Virus record (IMG/VR): IMGVR_UViG_3300044644_001243
Location: 62,001 to 126,000 of that record
Length of the DNA: 64,000 nt
Strand: one strand, 5' to 3'
Origin: an uncultured virus (IMG/VR IMGVR_UViG_3300044644_001243)
Lineage: Duplodnaviria; Heunggongvirae; Uroviricota; Caudoviricetes
Part shown: positions 29,982 through 39,960 of the stretch, in pieces
Position numbering within the stretch: the first letter of the stretch is position 1
Layout of the letters: every line of letters starts with the position of its first letter
Notes under the pieces: generated by a model
What the model was told of the DNA's origin: nothing
Seen by the model: only the letters and a program-made list of their open reading frames with translations
The model's database searches: none
Translations under genes and position numbers: made by a program

Positions 29982-30088
29982 ATAGTTTTTAATTAAGCTG
30001 CATATTTATTTGTATGGAAAATGAAGCATTAGAAATTGTTATTATTGATGAATGGGATAACCATATTGGTGACCATAATATTTTTTAA

Positions 30089-30331
30089 ATGGACGAAACC
30101 GAATATAAACTAATTATTAATTTTTTGAAACGAAATTATCCTATCATGAGGATAAAAGATAAAACTCGTTTCAAAAGAGCAATTGTTTTAGATAACGGTG
30201 GTGTCTATTTTTTAAGCGATGAACAATCACATATTAAATTAAGGGGTGACTTATTGTCAGTCCTTAAATTAGTATTTTATTGCCGTGAAGATATCGCTAA
30301 ACTATCAATAAAACAATATCTAAACTTGTAG
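30089..30331 (+). CDS. Hypothetical protein
   Basis: 80 aa ORF. Confidence 0.6.
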   Translation: MDETEYKLIINFLKRNYPIMRIKDKTRFKRAIVLDNGGVYFLSDEQSHIKLRGDLLSVLKLVFYCREDIAKLSIKQYLNL

Positions 30332-30916
30332 TTACCATTCTTCAATTTTTTGTAATCTTATTTCATTCCAAGTATTGCAATTATAACCATTAATACTACA
30401 TTCTATTTGGTTAATTCTCATACCTAAAATCTTATTTTCATAATCTATAACATACAAAGTAAAAGGTCTTGAACTACCACCCATCAATTGTTGCTGCATA
30501 CCTTCTATTGGGTCTTCAATTATTGTTGTATTCATTCCAATATAATTAACCATATAATGTTTTGTGGAATCATCATTAATAATTAAACGACCATTACCTG
30601 GGTAATTAAACGGTTTATAAAATGAATAAGTTGTCACATCCTTTTCAATATTTTCAATATCAAAGTATGCCCCACCCCACCTTAGACTTGAAACAGTTTT
30701 TAAACTGTCAAAATGACTATACTTAACCATCTCACCAGTTTCATGATTATTAATAAACATCGTGCCACCAATAACTAAAAATTTTCCCCATCTAGAAATT
30801 TTTTTGGTGTCTTCTTTTGATGTAAAATTATAATTATAAGTATCACTTGCAAATTTACTTTCTTTCTCACAAGAAAATAAAAATAAAACTAAAAATAAAT
30901 AAAATATTTTTTTCAT
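30332..30916 (-). CDS. Putative lipoprotein
   Basis: MKKIFYLFLVLFLFSC lipobox-like signal typical of Bacteroidota. Confidence 0.75.
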   Translation of the reverse strand: MKKIFYLFLVLFLFSCEKESKFASDTYNYNFTSKEDTKKISRWGKFLVIGGTMFINNHETGEMVKYSHFDSLKTVSSLRWGGAYFDIENIEKDVTTYSFYKPFNYPGNGRLIINDDSTKHYMVNYIGMNTTIIEDPIEGMQQQLMGGSSRPFTLYVIDYENKILGMRINQIECSINGYNCNTWNEIRLQKIEEW

Positions 30917-30996
30917 AACTTTTTTTTACAAATTTATAAATATTTTTTAAATAAAACAAATTATTTACATTTTAATAAAAAATATTATTTTTTATC

Positions 30997-31626
30997 ATGG
31001 CAAAAACTAAAAAACAATTATTGGTAGAACTTATCCCAACAACATGTCATTACTCAAATGTAAGAACAACTGTTAAAACAGAAGAATGGGATAAAATTAG
31101 AAAAATATCCTACACTGCCGCTGGTAACAAATGTGAAATCTGTGGCGACACTGGTAAAAATCAAGGTAAAAGACATAACGTTGAATGTCACGAAATATGG
31201 GAATACGATGATGAAAACCATATTCAAAAACTAGTAGGTCTTATATCACTGTGTCCAAACTGCCATTTGACCAAACATATAGGTAGAGCTATGGCCATGG
31301 GGTCTGAAAAAGTATGCTATAGTCAATTAGCTAACGTAAACAAATGGTCAATGGAACAAATACAGAAGCATATTTTAGAGTCATTTGAGACCCATAAAGA
31401 GCGTTCTAAACATGAATGGACATTAGATATCAGTCTGCTAGAAAGAGAACCTTACAACATAAAATTAAAACCATTCAAAGAACGTATATTTGAAGTTAAA
31501 AAATATAAAAAACGTCCTAAGAAAAAGAAATTACCAACAGATAAAAAGAAAATACACCCAAAAGCTAAAATCGCTGCGGCACTTAAACCAAAATCAAGTA
31601 CCAGTAAAAGACCACCTAAAAGTTAA
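30997..31626 (+). CDS. HNH endonuclease-like protein with a basic tail
   Basis: CEICG...ECHEIW...LCPNCHLTKH. Confidence 0.8.
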   Translation: MAKTKKQLLVELIPTTCHYSNVRTTVKTEEWDKIRKISYTAAGNKCEICGDTGKNQGKRHNVECHEIWEYDDENHIQKLVGLISLCPNCHLTKHIGRAMAMGSEKVCYSQLANVNKWSMEQIQKHILESFETHKERSKHEWTLDISLLEREPYNIKLKPFKERIFEVKKYKKRPKKKKLPTDKKKIHPKAKIAAALKPKSSTSKRPPKS

Positions 31627-32348
31627 TAATGAATTAGCGACCAATTACCAGAATGGTCTTCAACCAACGCTGTATTAGATTCAACCCAATCACCAGAATT
31701 CATATATTCAATACCATCAATAACTCTGATTTCAGCTTTATGTATGTGTCCACAAATAACACCATCAAAATTCAACGACTTTGAATGCGATACCATATGG
31801 TTTTCAAAATCACCAATGAAATTAGTTGCACTCTTTACAGAACTTTTTATTCTTTTTGACAATGAAAAATATTCCTTACCCCTAAATGCTCGGTATTTGT
31901 TATACCACTTGTTTAACCAAAGTGTTAAATCATAACCAATAGAACCAATCTTGGCCAACCATTTCATTTCGTTAACAAAAACATCAAAGATATCACCATG
32001 CAGCACTAAATACTTCTTTCCATTCAAAGCATATAGTTCATAATTCTCAATAATCTTTATATTACCTAAACTCATTGGTATAAAATCATGTAAAAAATCA
32101 TCATGATTCCCTCTAATCCATAAAACTTTAGTCTTATAAGCCTTTTTCATTATCTTTCTAACACATCTCATGTGTTCTTGCGACCAAGAGTTACCTCTTT
32201 TTAAAGCCCATCCATCAATAATGTCACCATTCAATATCAATGTCTCACATTTAATCTCCTCCAAAAATCTAGATATGTCCTCTGTCCTAGAATAAGTTGA
32301 ACCTAAATGTAAATCCGAAATTATAACCGTTCTATAATTCATAACCAA
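31623..32348 (-). CDS. Metallophosphoesterase, UDP-2,3-diacylglucosamine hydrolase (LpxH)-like
   Basis: ISDLHLG, GDIIDGW, GNHD, HGD, CGHIH, NSGDWVES. Confidence 0.88.
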   Translation of the reverse strand: MVMNYRTVIISDLHLGSTYSRTEDISRFLEEIKCETLILNGDIIDGWALKRGNSWSQEHMRCVRKIMKKAYKTKVLWIRGNHDDFLHDFIPMSLGNIKIIENYELYALNGKKYLVLHGDIFDVFVNEMKWLAKIGSIGYDLTLWLNKWYNKYRAFRGKEYFSLSKRIKSSVKSATNFIGDFENHMVSHSKSLNFDGVICGHIHKAEIRVIDGIEYMNSGDWVESNTALVEDHSGNWSLIHY

Positions 32349-33043
32349 TAACCAACGTCTTTTTTAAAATACTCTTTGTTATTCTTCTTTATTGTATTGT
32401 TTATGAAATATTTTATCATATTTATCACTCCCAATTTTTTAAAACGTCTATCATCAGTATATGTGTATTCATTTAAAATAACATATCTTTCTGGGTTTAT
32501 TTCTTTGCTTAGAAAATAATCTTCACAATGCATAAGTGATTCATCAAAACCACCAATCTTGAAAAACATATCTTTATTTATCATCATGTAAGACCCAACA
32601 ACAAATGGTTTATCTAATTTTGATAAATAGAAAATTATATTACAAAAACTATAAACAATCTTTATCTTTAAATTGTTTTCAATATTTAATAAACAACCCA
32701 ATAAATCAGCTCTCTTTTTTTTGAAAACTTTTAAAGAATCTAAAATTAATGTTGTGTTTTTAAAATAAGTGTCCGAATCTAAAAACAATAAAATTTCACC
32801 TTCAGCCTCTAAAGCACCAAGATTCCTTCCAACAGATGGCAAACCACCTTTTATTATTTTTAAATTGGGTAATAAATCAAAATAAGAATTTATAATTTTG
32901 ATTGTATTGTCAGTCGATTCAGCGTCAGCTATGATTACCTCCACATTTTGTGGTAAATTCTGTTCAACTAAACAATCTAATAACTTACCTATGTATCTTT
33001 CTTCGTTTTTACAAGGTATAACAATTGATAACATTATTTCCAT
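32339..33043 (-). CDS. Glycosyltransferase family 2
   Basis: SIVIPCKNEE, DAESTD, RNLGA, FLDSD, GGFDE, ED. Confidence 0.9.
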   Translation of the reverse strand: MEIMLSIVIPCKNEERYIGKLLDCLVEQNLPQNVEVIIADAESTDNTIKIINSYFDLLPNLKIIKGGLPSVGRNLGALEAEGEILLFLDSDTYFKNTTLILDSLKVFKKKRADLLGCLLNIENNLKIKIVYSFCNIIFYLSKLDKPFVVGSYMMINKDMFFKIGGFDESLMHCEDYFLSKEINPERYVILNEYTYTDDRRFKKLGVINMIKYFINNTIKKNNKEYFKKDVGYWL

Positions 33044-33105
33044 ACCTATAAATAGATAATTCATAGGTAATATGATGTTAACAAATTGTCAAATTTATTT
33101 AAAGA

Positions 33106-33492
33106 TTATTTATTTTTGTTCTTCTCCATAAGTTCGTTCAATAACTTTTTCATGGCTCCATGGTCATCCAATATAACCTTATACTTTTCAGTCCTAGACC
33201 CATCAATATCATCCCATGCAATATTGCAATTAGGACATTGATAATAACCGTTCTGTCCAGTAAAATCATAATCACCGTCTGATGGTTCAATATAAATTAA
33301 ATGACTGAACCTTCTAGGGTTCTCTGGTGTCCAATTATATAACCTTTTAGCTTGATTCAATAAATCCTCTTCATTTAACGTAGGGTAATTACTTTTTAAT
33401 GCATCCATTGCATCACCTTTGTCCCATGAATGTCCACACTCTGGACAATTACCACTTGCGTTTTCTTCTGTTATTTTATATTTTTCCACCAT
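33106..33492 (-). CDS. Zn-finger hypothetical protein
   Basis: CPECG ... CPNC. Confidence 0.7.
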   Translation of the reverse strand: MVEKYKITEENASGNCPECGHSWDKGDAMDALKSNYPTLNEEDLLNQAKRLYNWTPENPRRFSHLIYIEPSDGDYDFTGQNGYYQCPNCNIAWDDIDGSRTEKYKVILDDHGAMKKLLNELMEKNKNK

Positions 33493-33979
33493 TATCTATT
33501 ATTTTATCTAAATTCTTTTTAACATATGTTTCACAAAAATCTAACACTGCTTCATATATTGTTTCTTTTTTTGTCACCTCCCTCGCACCGCTGCCATACT
33601 CAGCAAACGTTGCACATTCATTGAACCACATTCTATGTGTGTTTACATCTTTGAACTTTTCAATAGTGCTGAAATAACCCATTCCCTCAATACATTCAAC
33701 AGCATACATTAACAAATCCCAGTTATCTTTAAAATTTATTTCTTTGTCATCGTAACGTTTACCGTTTATAAGATGCCATTTTTCGTGTTCATGCAAATAA
33801 AAAGCTTCATGAGTTTCTGGGTCACAAAATGCCAATATAAGAGTTTGCTTCATTTTAAACTCCATCTCAATTTTATAATCTTCCCATGTTTTAATCTTCA
33901 AATCAATCTTAAAATCAATAGGTTTTGTTTTTCGATTTCTATGATAAGCATCCCAATCATTAATACATTTTAAATCCAT
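33476..33979 (-). CDS. Hypothetical protein
   Basis: 167 aa; WDLLMYAVECIE segment. Confidence 0.7.
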   Translation of the reverse strand: MDLKCINDWDAYHRNRKTKPIDFKIDLKIKTWEDYKIEMEFKMKQTLILAFCDPETHEAFYLHEHEKWHLINGKRYDDKEINFKDNWDLLMYAVECIEGMGYFSTIEKFKDVNTHRMWFNECATFAEYGSGAREVTKKETIYEAVLDFCETYVKKNLDKIIDNGGKI

Positions 33980-34066
33980 ATACTTTATTTTTCCCTAATA
34001 TACTCTATTATTTTAACAAAACAAACACTTATATTAATATTTATATATTTATAAAATAAAAAACTT

Positions 34067-35188
34067 ATGGTTAATATTAAAAAACTAATAAAAGAATCAC
34101 TTAGAAAAAACTTTAATATGTTAGAAGCCAAATCTGATTTTGACTCTAGTATGTCTGACGTTTTTAAAACAATGTTTAAGATTGCTAAAGCACAAGAAAT
34201 GTATGGTCCTAACTCTGATGTAGATGATAATGTTAAACAATATTTTGATAGTGAATATGAAGGTCAAGCAGTATTACCAATATTAATTTCACCACGTGGT
34301 GACGCAAGATTGGGAACTAATACTGTATCTGCTGCTAATAATAAAAAAAATGATAAAATAGGTTTTATTAGAAAAAACGCTAGTTACATGTGGTTTAATA
34401 TTATGGCTAATAGAGGTATCGAACACAGTCTTAACACTAACGGACCACTTGGGTCAGCCAATGAACCTAGAGATAATTTTGCTATTACTAGAAAAGGTTT
34501 ACAATCAGCTGACGATAATTCTGTTATTAAAACAAGTAGCGGTAGAAAATTTTCAAAAGAAACTGAATACCTACAAGATAACCAAAAATTAGTTAGTTTT
34601 ATATATGGAATTAAAGATTCAAAATTAAAACAAAATATTATTAATTTAATAAATGATAAAGGGTTAGATGGTGTTGTTGACGTAGATTATGATGTGCCTG
34701 GTTCTCCAGCTTCAGATGCAATAATAAAAGCTTATTTGATTTATGGTGAAATGATATTGGATTACGTTATTATTAATACCCCTGGTTTTGATGCATATAC
34801 ATCATATGGTGATGCCAAAAATACTGATTCTTACCAACAAATGTCTGCTGACCCAGAAAGAAAAAAACAAAAATTAAGAATGGATTTCAGAACCGCATAT
34901 AAACAAAAAGTAGGTAAAGAACCATCCGAAGAAGAAATAAAAACTTTCTTACAATCAGATTCAGAAAACGCAGAACAATATTTACAAAACAATGATATCA
35001 AAAAAGGTGAAAGAGATTTAATTAGTCTTAGAAATGAACCAGATTTCGATATTAGCTCATTATCAGATAAAGATAAAAGAAGATATAGAACTTACCAAGA
35101 CTTAGTTAGAAAACAAGAACGTGGTCAAGAACTAACAAATGATGAAAAACGAGAGTTTAGAACTTTAAGTGCTAAATTTAAAAAATAA
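34067..35188 (+). CDS. Hypothetical protein (putative virion protein)
   Basis: 373 aa; IKKLIKE leader; ATATTTAT upstream. Confidence 0.8.
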   Translation: MVNIKKLIKESLRKNFNMLEAKSDFDSSMSDVFKTMFKIAKAQEMYGPNSDVDDNVKQYFDSEYEGQAVLPILISPRGDARLGTNTVSAANNKKNDKIGFIRKNASYMWFNIMANRGIEHSLNTNGPLGSANEPRDNFAITRKGLQSADDNSVIKTSSGRKFSKETEYLQDNQKLVSFIYGIKDSKLKQNIINLINDKGLDGVVDVDYDVPGSPASDAIIKAYLIYGEMILDYVIINTPGFDAYTSYGDAKNTDSYQQMSADPERKKQKLRMDFRTAYKQKVGKEPSEEEIKTFLQSDSENAEQYLQNNDIKKGERDLISLRNEPDFDISSLSDKDKRRYRTYQDLVRKQERGQELTNDEKREFRTLSAKFKK

Positions 35189-35216
35189 AAAAAGGGGTTG
35201 CAAAACCCCTTTTTTA
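35186..35216. terminator. Bidirectional terminator between convergent genes
   Basis: aaaaaaggggtt-gcaa-aacccctttttt. Confidence 0.8.
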
Positions 35217-35218
35217 TT

Positions 35219-36442
35219 TTAAAACGGTAAATCATCTTCAATAAACTCACCCAATGGATTTGGTAAACTATCATGGAAAACATTCATACACTCTTTCTTA
35301 AAACCTTCTTCATACTTTTTAATATCTTTGTTAAACTCATCTAAATATGCGTTAACCTCGTCATACAATTCTTTTGGTGCGTCACAGTTGCCATAACCTC
35401 TAAACTGATTTATAAATAATGTTTTTTCTGAATCCATCATATTTAATTTAGGTCTATTCCATTGAATTCCATACCTTAAATCTAACGTGTACTGACCAAT
35501 AGATAATATAGAACATGTACCATTGTTTACTTGTGGTCCATATGTACCAACACAATGACTTTGTTTCTTACCCTCAGAAATTAAATCATGATTTGTTTTA
35601 AGAATCTGATAATTAGAAAAAGCAGCAAAATCTAAATAAACCGTTTTGTTTGATAACATCGATAACGGTTCAAACTCTAATATCACATCAATGTGTTTTT
35701 TATACAACATGTCATGAAACTGTTTAATCCTTTTCGCTTTCCATGCACAATTTATTTTCTCACCAAAAGATTGAGCAAATCTACATGTGTCATAAATTAA
35801 ATGGTTTTTAAAAAATTCTGGCGTTAGTTTATCTAAGTTTATAAACAAATGCTTATACTGCTTCCAAAGAAACTTTATATTATCATTTTCCTTAATAGCA
35901 ATATCCAAAACTTTTGCAACATTATGGTTAACACCATATACATGCTTTATTAATTTTTCCTTGTTAAATAACTTCTTCTTGTTAATGGTTGTCAACGTTA
36001 ATGAATAACAACTAGTAACATCTAAAGCATTTCGCAACCAACCAAATTTATTAATAAAATGTTCTCTAACTTTCCAATTGGTAAACGCATTAAAGTTTGC
36101 AACAGTCAACGGTTTCATAAGACCATTAAGTTTAAAGTAAAAAGATTTGGTCTCATGTTTATATATGAAGATATGGTTCGTCTTATTACGTCTATACATA
36201 ATATTGTTTTTTGAAAAACTAATATTGTTGGTAAATGAAACAATTCTAAAATCTTTGTTGGGATATTCAAACAACCAAATAGTATTCTCACTGTATCCGT
36301 CTCTATTAGCATTCTCAAATATGATTCTGGCTTTTTGTTTGTCTTGCTTGTAGATATCAACCAATCTATCCCTTTTTACATTATTAACATCTTTATGCAA
36401 TAACGTACTAGTAAACTCACTTTGTTCTTTTTTGTTTTTCAT
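35219..36442 (-). CDS. PcfJ-like domain protein
   Basis: DLISEGKKQSHCVGTY ... QFRGYGNC. Confidence 0.75.
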   Translation of the reverse strand: MKNKKEQSEFTSTLLHKDVNNVKRDRLVDIYKQDKQKARIIFENANRDGYSENTIWLFEYPNKDFRIVSFTNNISFSKNNIMYRRNKTNHIFIYKHETKSFYFKLNGLMKPLTVANFNAFTNWKVREHFINKFGWLRNALDVTSCYSLTLTTINKKKLFNKEKLIKHVYGVNHNVAKVLDIAIKENDNIKFLWKQYKHLFINLDKLTPEFFKNHLIYDTCRFAQSFGEKINCAWKAKRIKQFHDMLYKKHIDVILEFEPLSMLSNKTVYLDFAAFSNYQILKTNHDLISEGKKQSHCVGTYGPQVNNGTCSILSIGQYTLDLRYGIQWNRPKLNMMDSEKTLFINQFRGYGNCDAPKELYDEVNAYLDEFNKDIKKYEEGFKKECMNVFHDSLPNPLGEFIEDDLPF

Positions 36443-36482
36443 GATAAATTTATTTTAAAACACAAATGTAAAAAACTTTTTT

Positions 36483-37142
36483 CTAATAAACAAATACTGA
36501 TGAAGATTTTTTTAATAATCCATACCCATCAATAATCGCTTTGTCTTCATGCAGCATAGGAACCAACCTTAATTCACCCCTACATTCTTCACCACCAACA
36601 ACACATTCCTCATCAACCGCAATTGTAATCTTAAATCCATCCTTAACACAGTTAATAAATAATCTATTGTGTATCTGCTCTAAGTATCTTGAATCAACCC
36701 AGTTATAATTATGGTCGTGTGGTGGCCCCTCATTATATACCCAACCAATTTGGTCTGGCGTGGCAATTAATTTTAAAACTTCAGCTTCATAAAAAAGTCC
36801 ACCGTTCTCATCAATAACTTTCCATCTCTCCTCTTCATCCATAAACAATCCGTTTACTTCATGTATAACACCGTTAACGTAAAATAAATCGCTTATGTTT
36901 AATAACTCATTTGAAACAATAACTGGCAGCAAAGGATATAAACTACCACCATGATATTTTTCATCAATACCATATAAACCATACATAAATCCCAATGAAT
37001 CATCAGAGATAGAATCAACCCAATAAAAATCTTCTTTTGTTGTAGGTGGGGTAGAGCTTAAAGAAACAATAGTGTCATGCTTTAAAACAATATTCTTATC
37101 AACGATAAATCTTAAATCATACTCTTTAATTTTGAACTCCAT
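36483..37142 (-). CDS. Hypothetical protein
   Basis: About 220 aa ORF. Confidence 0.7.
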   Translation of the reverse strand: MEFKIKEYDLRFIVDKNIVLKHDTIVSLSSTPPTTKEDFYWVDSISDDSLGFMYGLYGIDEKYHGGSLYPLLPVIVSNELLNISDLFYVNGVIHEVNGLFMDEEERWKVIDENGGLFYEAEVLKLIATPDQIGWVYNEGPPHDHNYNWVDSRYLEQIHNRLFINCVKDGFKITIAVDEECVVGGEECRGELRLVPMLHEDKAIIDGYGLLKKSSSVFVY

Positions 37143-37199
37143 AATAAATGTTTTTATCAAAACTACACACTAATTTATTATATTACAAGTTTTTTTAAA

Positions 37200-38018
37200 T
37201 TATTTTTGTAATCCCTTATAAATGTCGTTTTTTAATTTTTTATAACTTTTCTCATCAGCTGTTAAAGGTTTAAGAGAAAATAACTCAACAATAAAACTAT
37301 ATAAATCATTTTCACTCTTAAATAATTTAGCAGCTTTTATATCTTCCATATGTTCTACAACACCAAAATACATAGCATCAGCTTTATTATATGCTGTTAA
37401 ATTCTCAATAAACCACCACAACCATTTCTGCTTGTTCGCATCTTTACCAAAAACTTTTCTAATAATCGTAATTAAAGTAGATATGTTTGCTGTATATTCA
37501 TGCTGAGATTTTAAATACTTATCATAACTTTTATCATACTCACTCTTAGGGTCTCCTTTACTTAACGCAAATTTACTACCACTAGGCTCAGCACCCTTCT
37601 TATCATAATACTTATTGAACACATGCTTATCCCTAACCAATGGGTCCATAGCGTGAACCAACTCATGATTAAGCAAAGCTGAAAAAGTATTGGCATCATA
37701 ATCAAAAAACGCCAAATTTAACAATACTGTATCTGTAATTGTATCCATCCTACCAGCACCAACATCTTTACCATCATTATATAACCCAACATCAATATTT
37801 AACGGTTTACCAGCATTATCTTTTAATTTAAAATAATCTTTAAATGCTATCAAAGGATTATTATAAGACCTATTTAATGTCTTCTGCTTATAATCATCCA
37901 AATTAGTTTTTATTAAATCAAATAATACCCCAAATTTCTGAATCACATCGTTAGGTATCTCAATAGTACCTTCGTCCAATAAACTTTCCCTTAATAATGT
38001 CTTTATAATATTTTTCAT
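37200..38018 (-). CDS. HExxH-motif hypothetical protein (putative virion metallopeptidase)
   Basis: NHELVHAMD; IKTLLRE leader; ATATTTAT upstream. Confidence 0.75.
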   Translation of the reverse strand: MKNIIKTLLRESLLDEGTIEIPNDVIQKFGVLFDLIKTNLDDYKQKTLNRSYNNPLIAFKDYFKLKDNAGKPLNIDVGLYNDGKDVGAGRMDTITDTVLLNLAFFDYDANTFSALLNHELVHAMDPLVRDKHVFNKYYDKKGAEPSGSKFALSKGDPKSEYDKSYDKYLKSQHEYTANISTLITIIRKVFGKDANKQKWLWWFIENLTAYNKADAMYFGVVEHMEDIKAAKLFKSENDLYSFIVELFSLKPLTADEKSYKKLKNDIYKGLQK

Positions 38019-38088
38019 TTAATTAATTTTATTTATAAATATTGACTTATTTTAATACAGACCATAATATTAAATAAAACGTTTTATT

Positions 38089-38766
38089 ATGGAAATTTTA
38101 TTCGATGGAAAAAATAATAGATTTATTAACGATAAACTTAAAAATGTTATCATAGATGAATATGTTAATACCGAAGCCCTTAAAAAAGACTTAACGGAAA
38201 AATATAATATAACATCATCCATCCTAAATAAAATATTAAAAAACTCAACAAAACTATATTGCAACTGCTTAATCTGTGGTCAAAATGATATTAATAAATT
38301 TAAAAAAGATAATAAGAAAAAATGCAAAGACTGCATCAATAAAGACTCTTCTGTAAGATACCAAAAACTATCCGACATAGATAAAAAAAAATATCTTATA
38401 AGACAACATAAATGGGTTAAAAATAATATCATTAAATGTAGAATACTGTCAGCAAAACATAGAGCCAAAAAAAAAGACCTTAACTTCGATATAGATGAAG
38501 ACTTTATAAACAACCTACTAATAGAACAAAATTATAAATGCAAATATAGCGGCCAGATTCTTGACATATCATCCGTAGGTTCACAAGATACTAAAATGAA
38601 TATATACGGACTCTCTATTGATAGAATAGATTCTAAAAAAGGATACACAAAAGATAACGTGGTCCTTGTTGCGTCAATTGTTAACACTATGAAAAATGAA
38701 CTTACAGAAGCAGATTTCCTAGCGTTTATAAAAACCCTATATGACTATAATTTTAAAAACGACTAA
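38089..38766 (+). CDS. HNH-like (homing-type) endonuclease
   Basis: CxxC motifs; CKYSG...SIDRIDSKKGYTKDNVVLV...VNTMK. Confidence 0.8.
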   Translation: MEILFDGKNNRFINDKLKNVIIDEYVNTEALKKDLTEKYNITSSILNKILKNSTKLYCNCLICGQNDINKFKKDNKKKCKDCINKDSSVRYQKLSDIDKKKYLIRQHKWVKNNIIKCRILSAKHRAKKKDLNFDIDEDFINNLLIEQNYKCKYSGQILDISSVGSQDTKMNIYGLSIDRIDSKKGYTKDNVVLVASIVNTMKNELTEADFLAFIKTLYDYNFKND

Positions 38767-38874
38767 CTCCTTTTTTTTTGCTGCAACTTTTTCCGAAAAA
38801 AATTTTTTTAAAATAGGGGGTCTCCTTTTTTTGTTGCAACTTTTTCCAGAAAAAAATTTTTTTAAATAAGGGGT
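38767..38874. repeat. Two imperfect ~54 bp direct repeats
   Basis: ctcc(T)nG(c/t)tgcaactttttcc(a)gaaaaaaatttttttaaa(a)ta(g/a)ggggt at 38767-38821 and 38822-38874. Confidence 0.85.
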
Positions 38875-38924
38875 CCTAAAAATAAAGTCAAAAAATTTTC
38901 CCAAAAAAAATTTCGTGAACAGCA

Positions 38925-39015
38925 TCAAGCCCCACATACACCCAACATACGGGAGGGCTAACGGAGGGGGGTTACAAGGAGGGGGTACATAGGGAGGACT
39001 GCCGTATAGGGGGTA
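38925..39015. other. C-rich to G-rich junction with G-tracts (candidate origin or genome end)
   Basis: cccacatacacccaacatac followed by gggagggctaacggaggggggttacaaggagggggtacatagggagg...gggg. Confidence 0.5.
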
Positions 39016-39159
39016 ATTAGCCGTTTTAAGCAACTTTCTATTAAAAGTAATATCTTTGTATACCTAACAACAAAAACACGTCTTAAAACTAATTAAAACG
39101 TGTTTTGTAATTAAAAATGTATAGGCAAAAAAAAAAGTACCTTTCGGTACTTTCTTTTG

Positions 39160-39744
39160 TTATAGTGTCAATCCTTGCATTTTAAATTCGCCTTGCTGAA
39201 AGATGAAAGTTTTATATTTGCTTTGCTTAAAGTCGCAAAGTTTTTTGATTTTGTTTTGTACGATTGTCAATTCTTTGCTTTTCGTTTCTTTGTATTCGAC
39301 TGCTTCCAAAACACGTTTTTTAACTACTAAACCAAACACATGAATTTCGTTTGTTTCGTTATGTACTTTAATACCTTTTGCAAGGTGCGTATAAGCCTCA
39401 ATTTGGGCTTGTGAACGTACTATTGTACTATCTTTTTCAGCCAATAATTTTGCTTTCGTTTCTGGGTTAGATAATCTTTTTTCAAGGCTTGAAAAAAGGT
39501 TATTGTAAGCCAAAGTAATTAAGTCGATAGAATAAGTTTTTTCCAACTTTTCAAAGATAGTAGTTTGATTTGCTTGTAATGAATTAAAATCATTCATTAA
39601 ACAATTTTCGTAACTAATACCACTAACGATAAGTTGTTTACTTAATTCGCCTTGTGCGTTTCTATATGTAGTACCTACAAAGGTTGTACCTTTGATTGTT
39701 TTACCTACTGCTACTACGTTGTTGTTTTGTGTTTGCGTTTTCAT
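39160..39744 (-). CDS. Hypothetical protein (early-type)
   Basis: 194 aa with own promoter (TTGCA...TAACTTTG) and terminator (aaagtacc-tttc-ggtacttt). Confidence 0.8.
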   Translation of the reverse strand: MKTQTQNNNVVAVGKTIKGTTFVGTTYRNAQGELSKQLIVSGISYENCLMNDFNSLQANQTTIFEKLEKTYSIDLITLAYNNLFSSLEKRLSNPETKAKLLAEKDSTIVRSQAQIEAYTHLAKGIKVHNETNEIHVFGLVVKKRVLEAVEYKETKSKELTIVQNKIKKLCDFKQSKYKTFIFQQGEFKMQGLTL

Positions 39745-39910
39745 AATTTAAAAGTTTTAATGATTAATAACTTTGACAAAGTTACACATTAAATTGACTA
39801 TTGCAACAAAAAATTAAAAATAATTCACTCAAAGTTATTAACAATAAAAAAAATTGAATTGTTAATAACTTTTGCTTGCATATTAAATTTATCCTTCCTA
39901 TATTTGTAGT

Positions 39911-39960
39911 GTACAATTAAGGTACGTGCCGTGGGAATGGAAGAGTAGACTCCAACCTGG
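39911..39960 (+). ncRNA. Repeated structured element copy 1 (putative sRNA)
   Basis: TATATTTG at 39899, then gtac..gtac GTG ccgt-GGGA-atgg AAGAGTAGACTCC. Confidence 0.6.

Noticed and set aside
38737..39033. 98 aa Pro/Phe/Lys-rich ORF
   Set aside because: It is a translation of G-tracts and A/T-tract repeats with atypical composition
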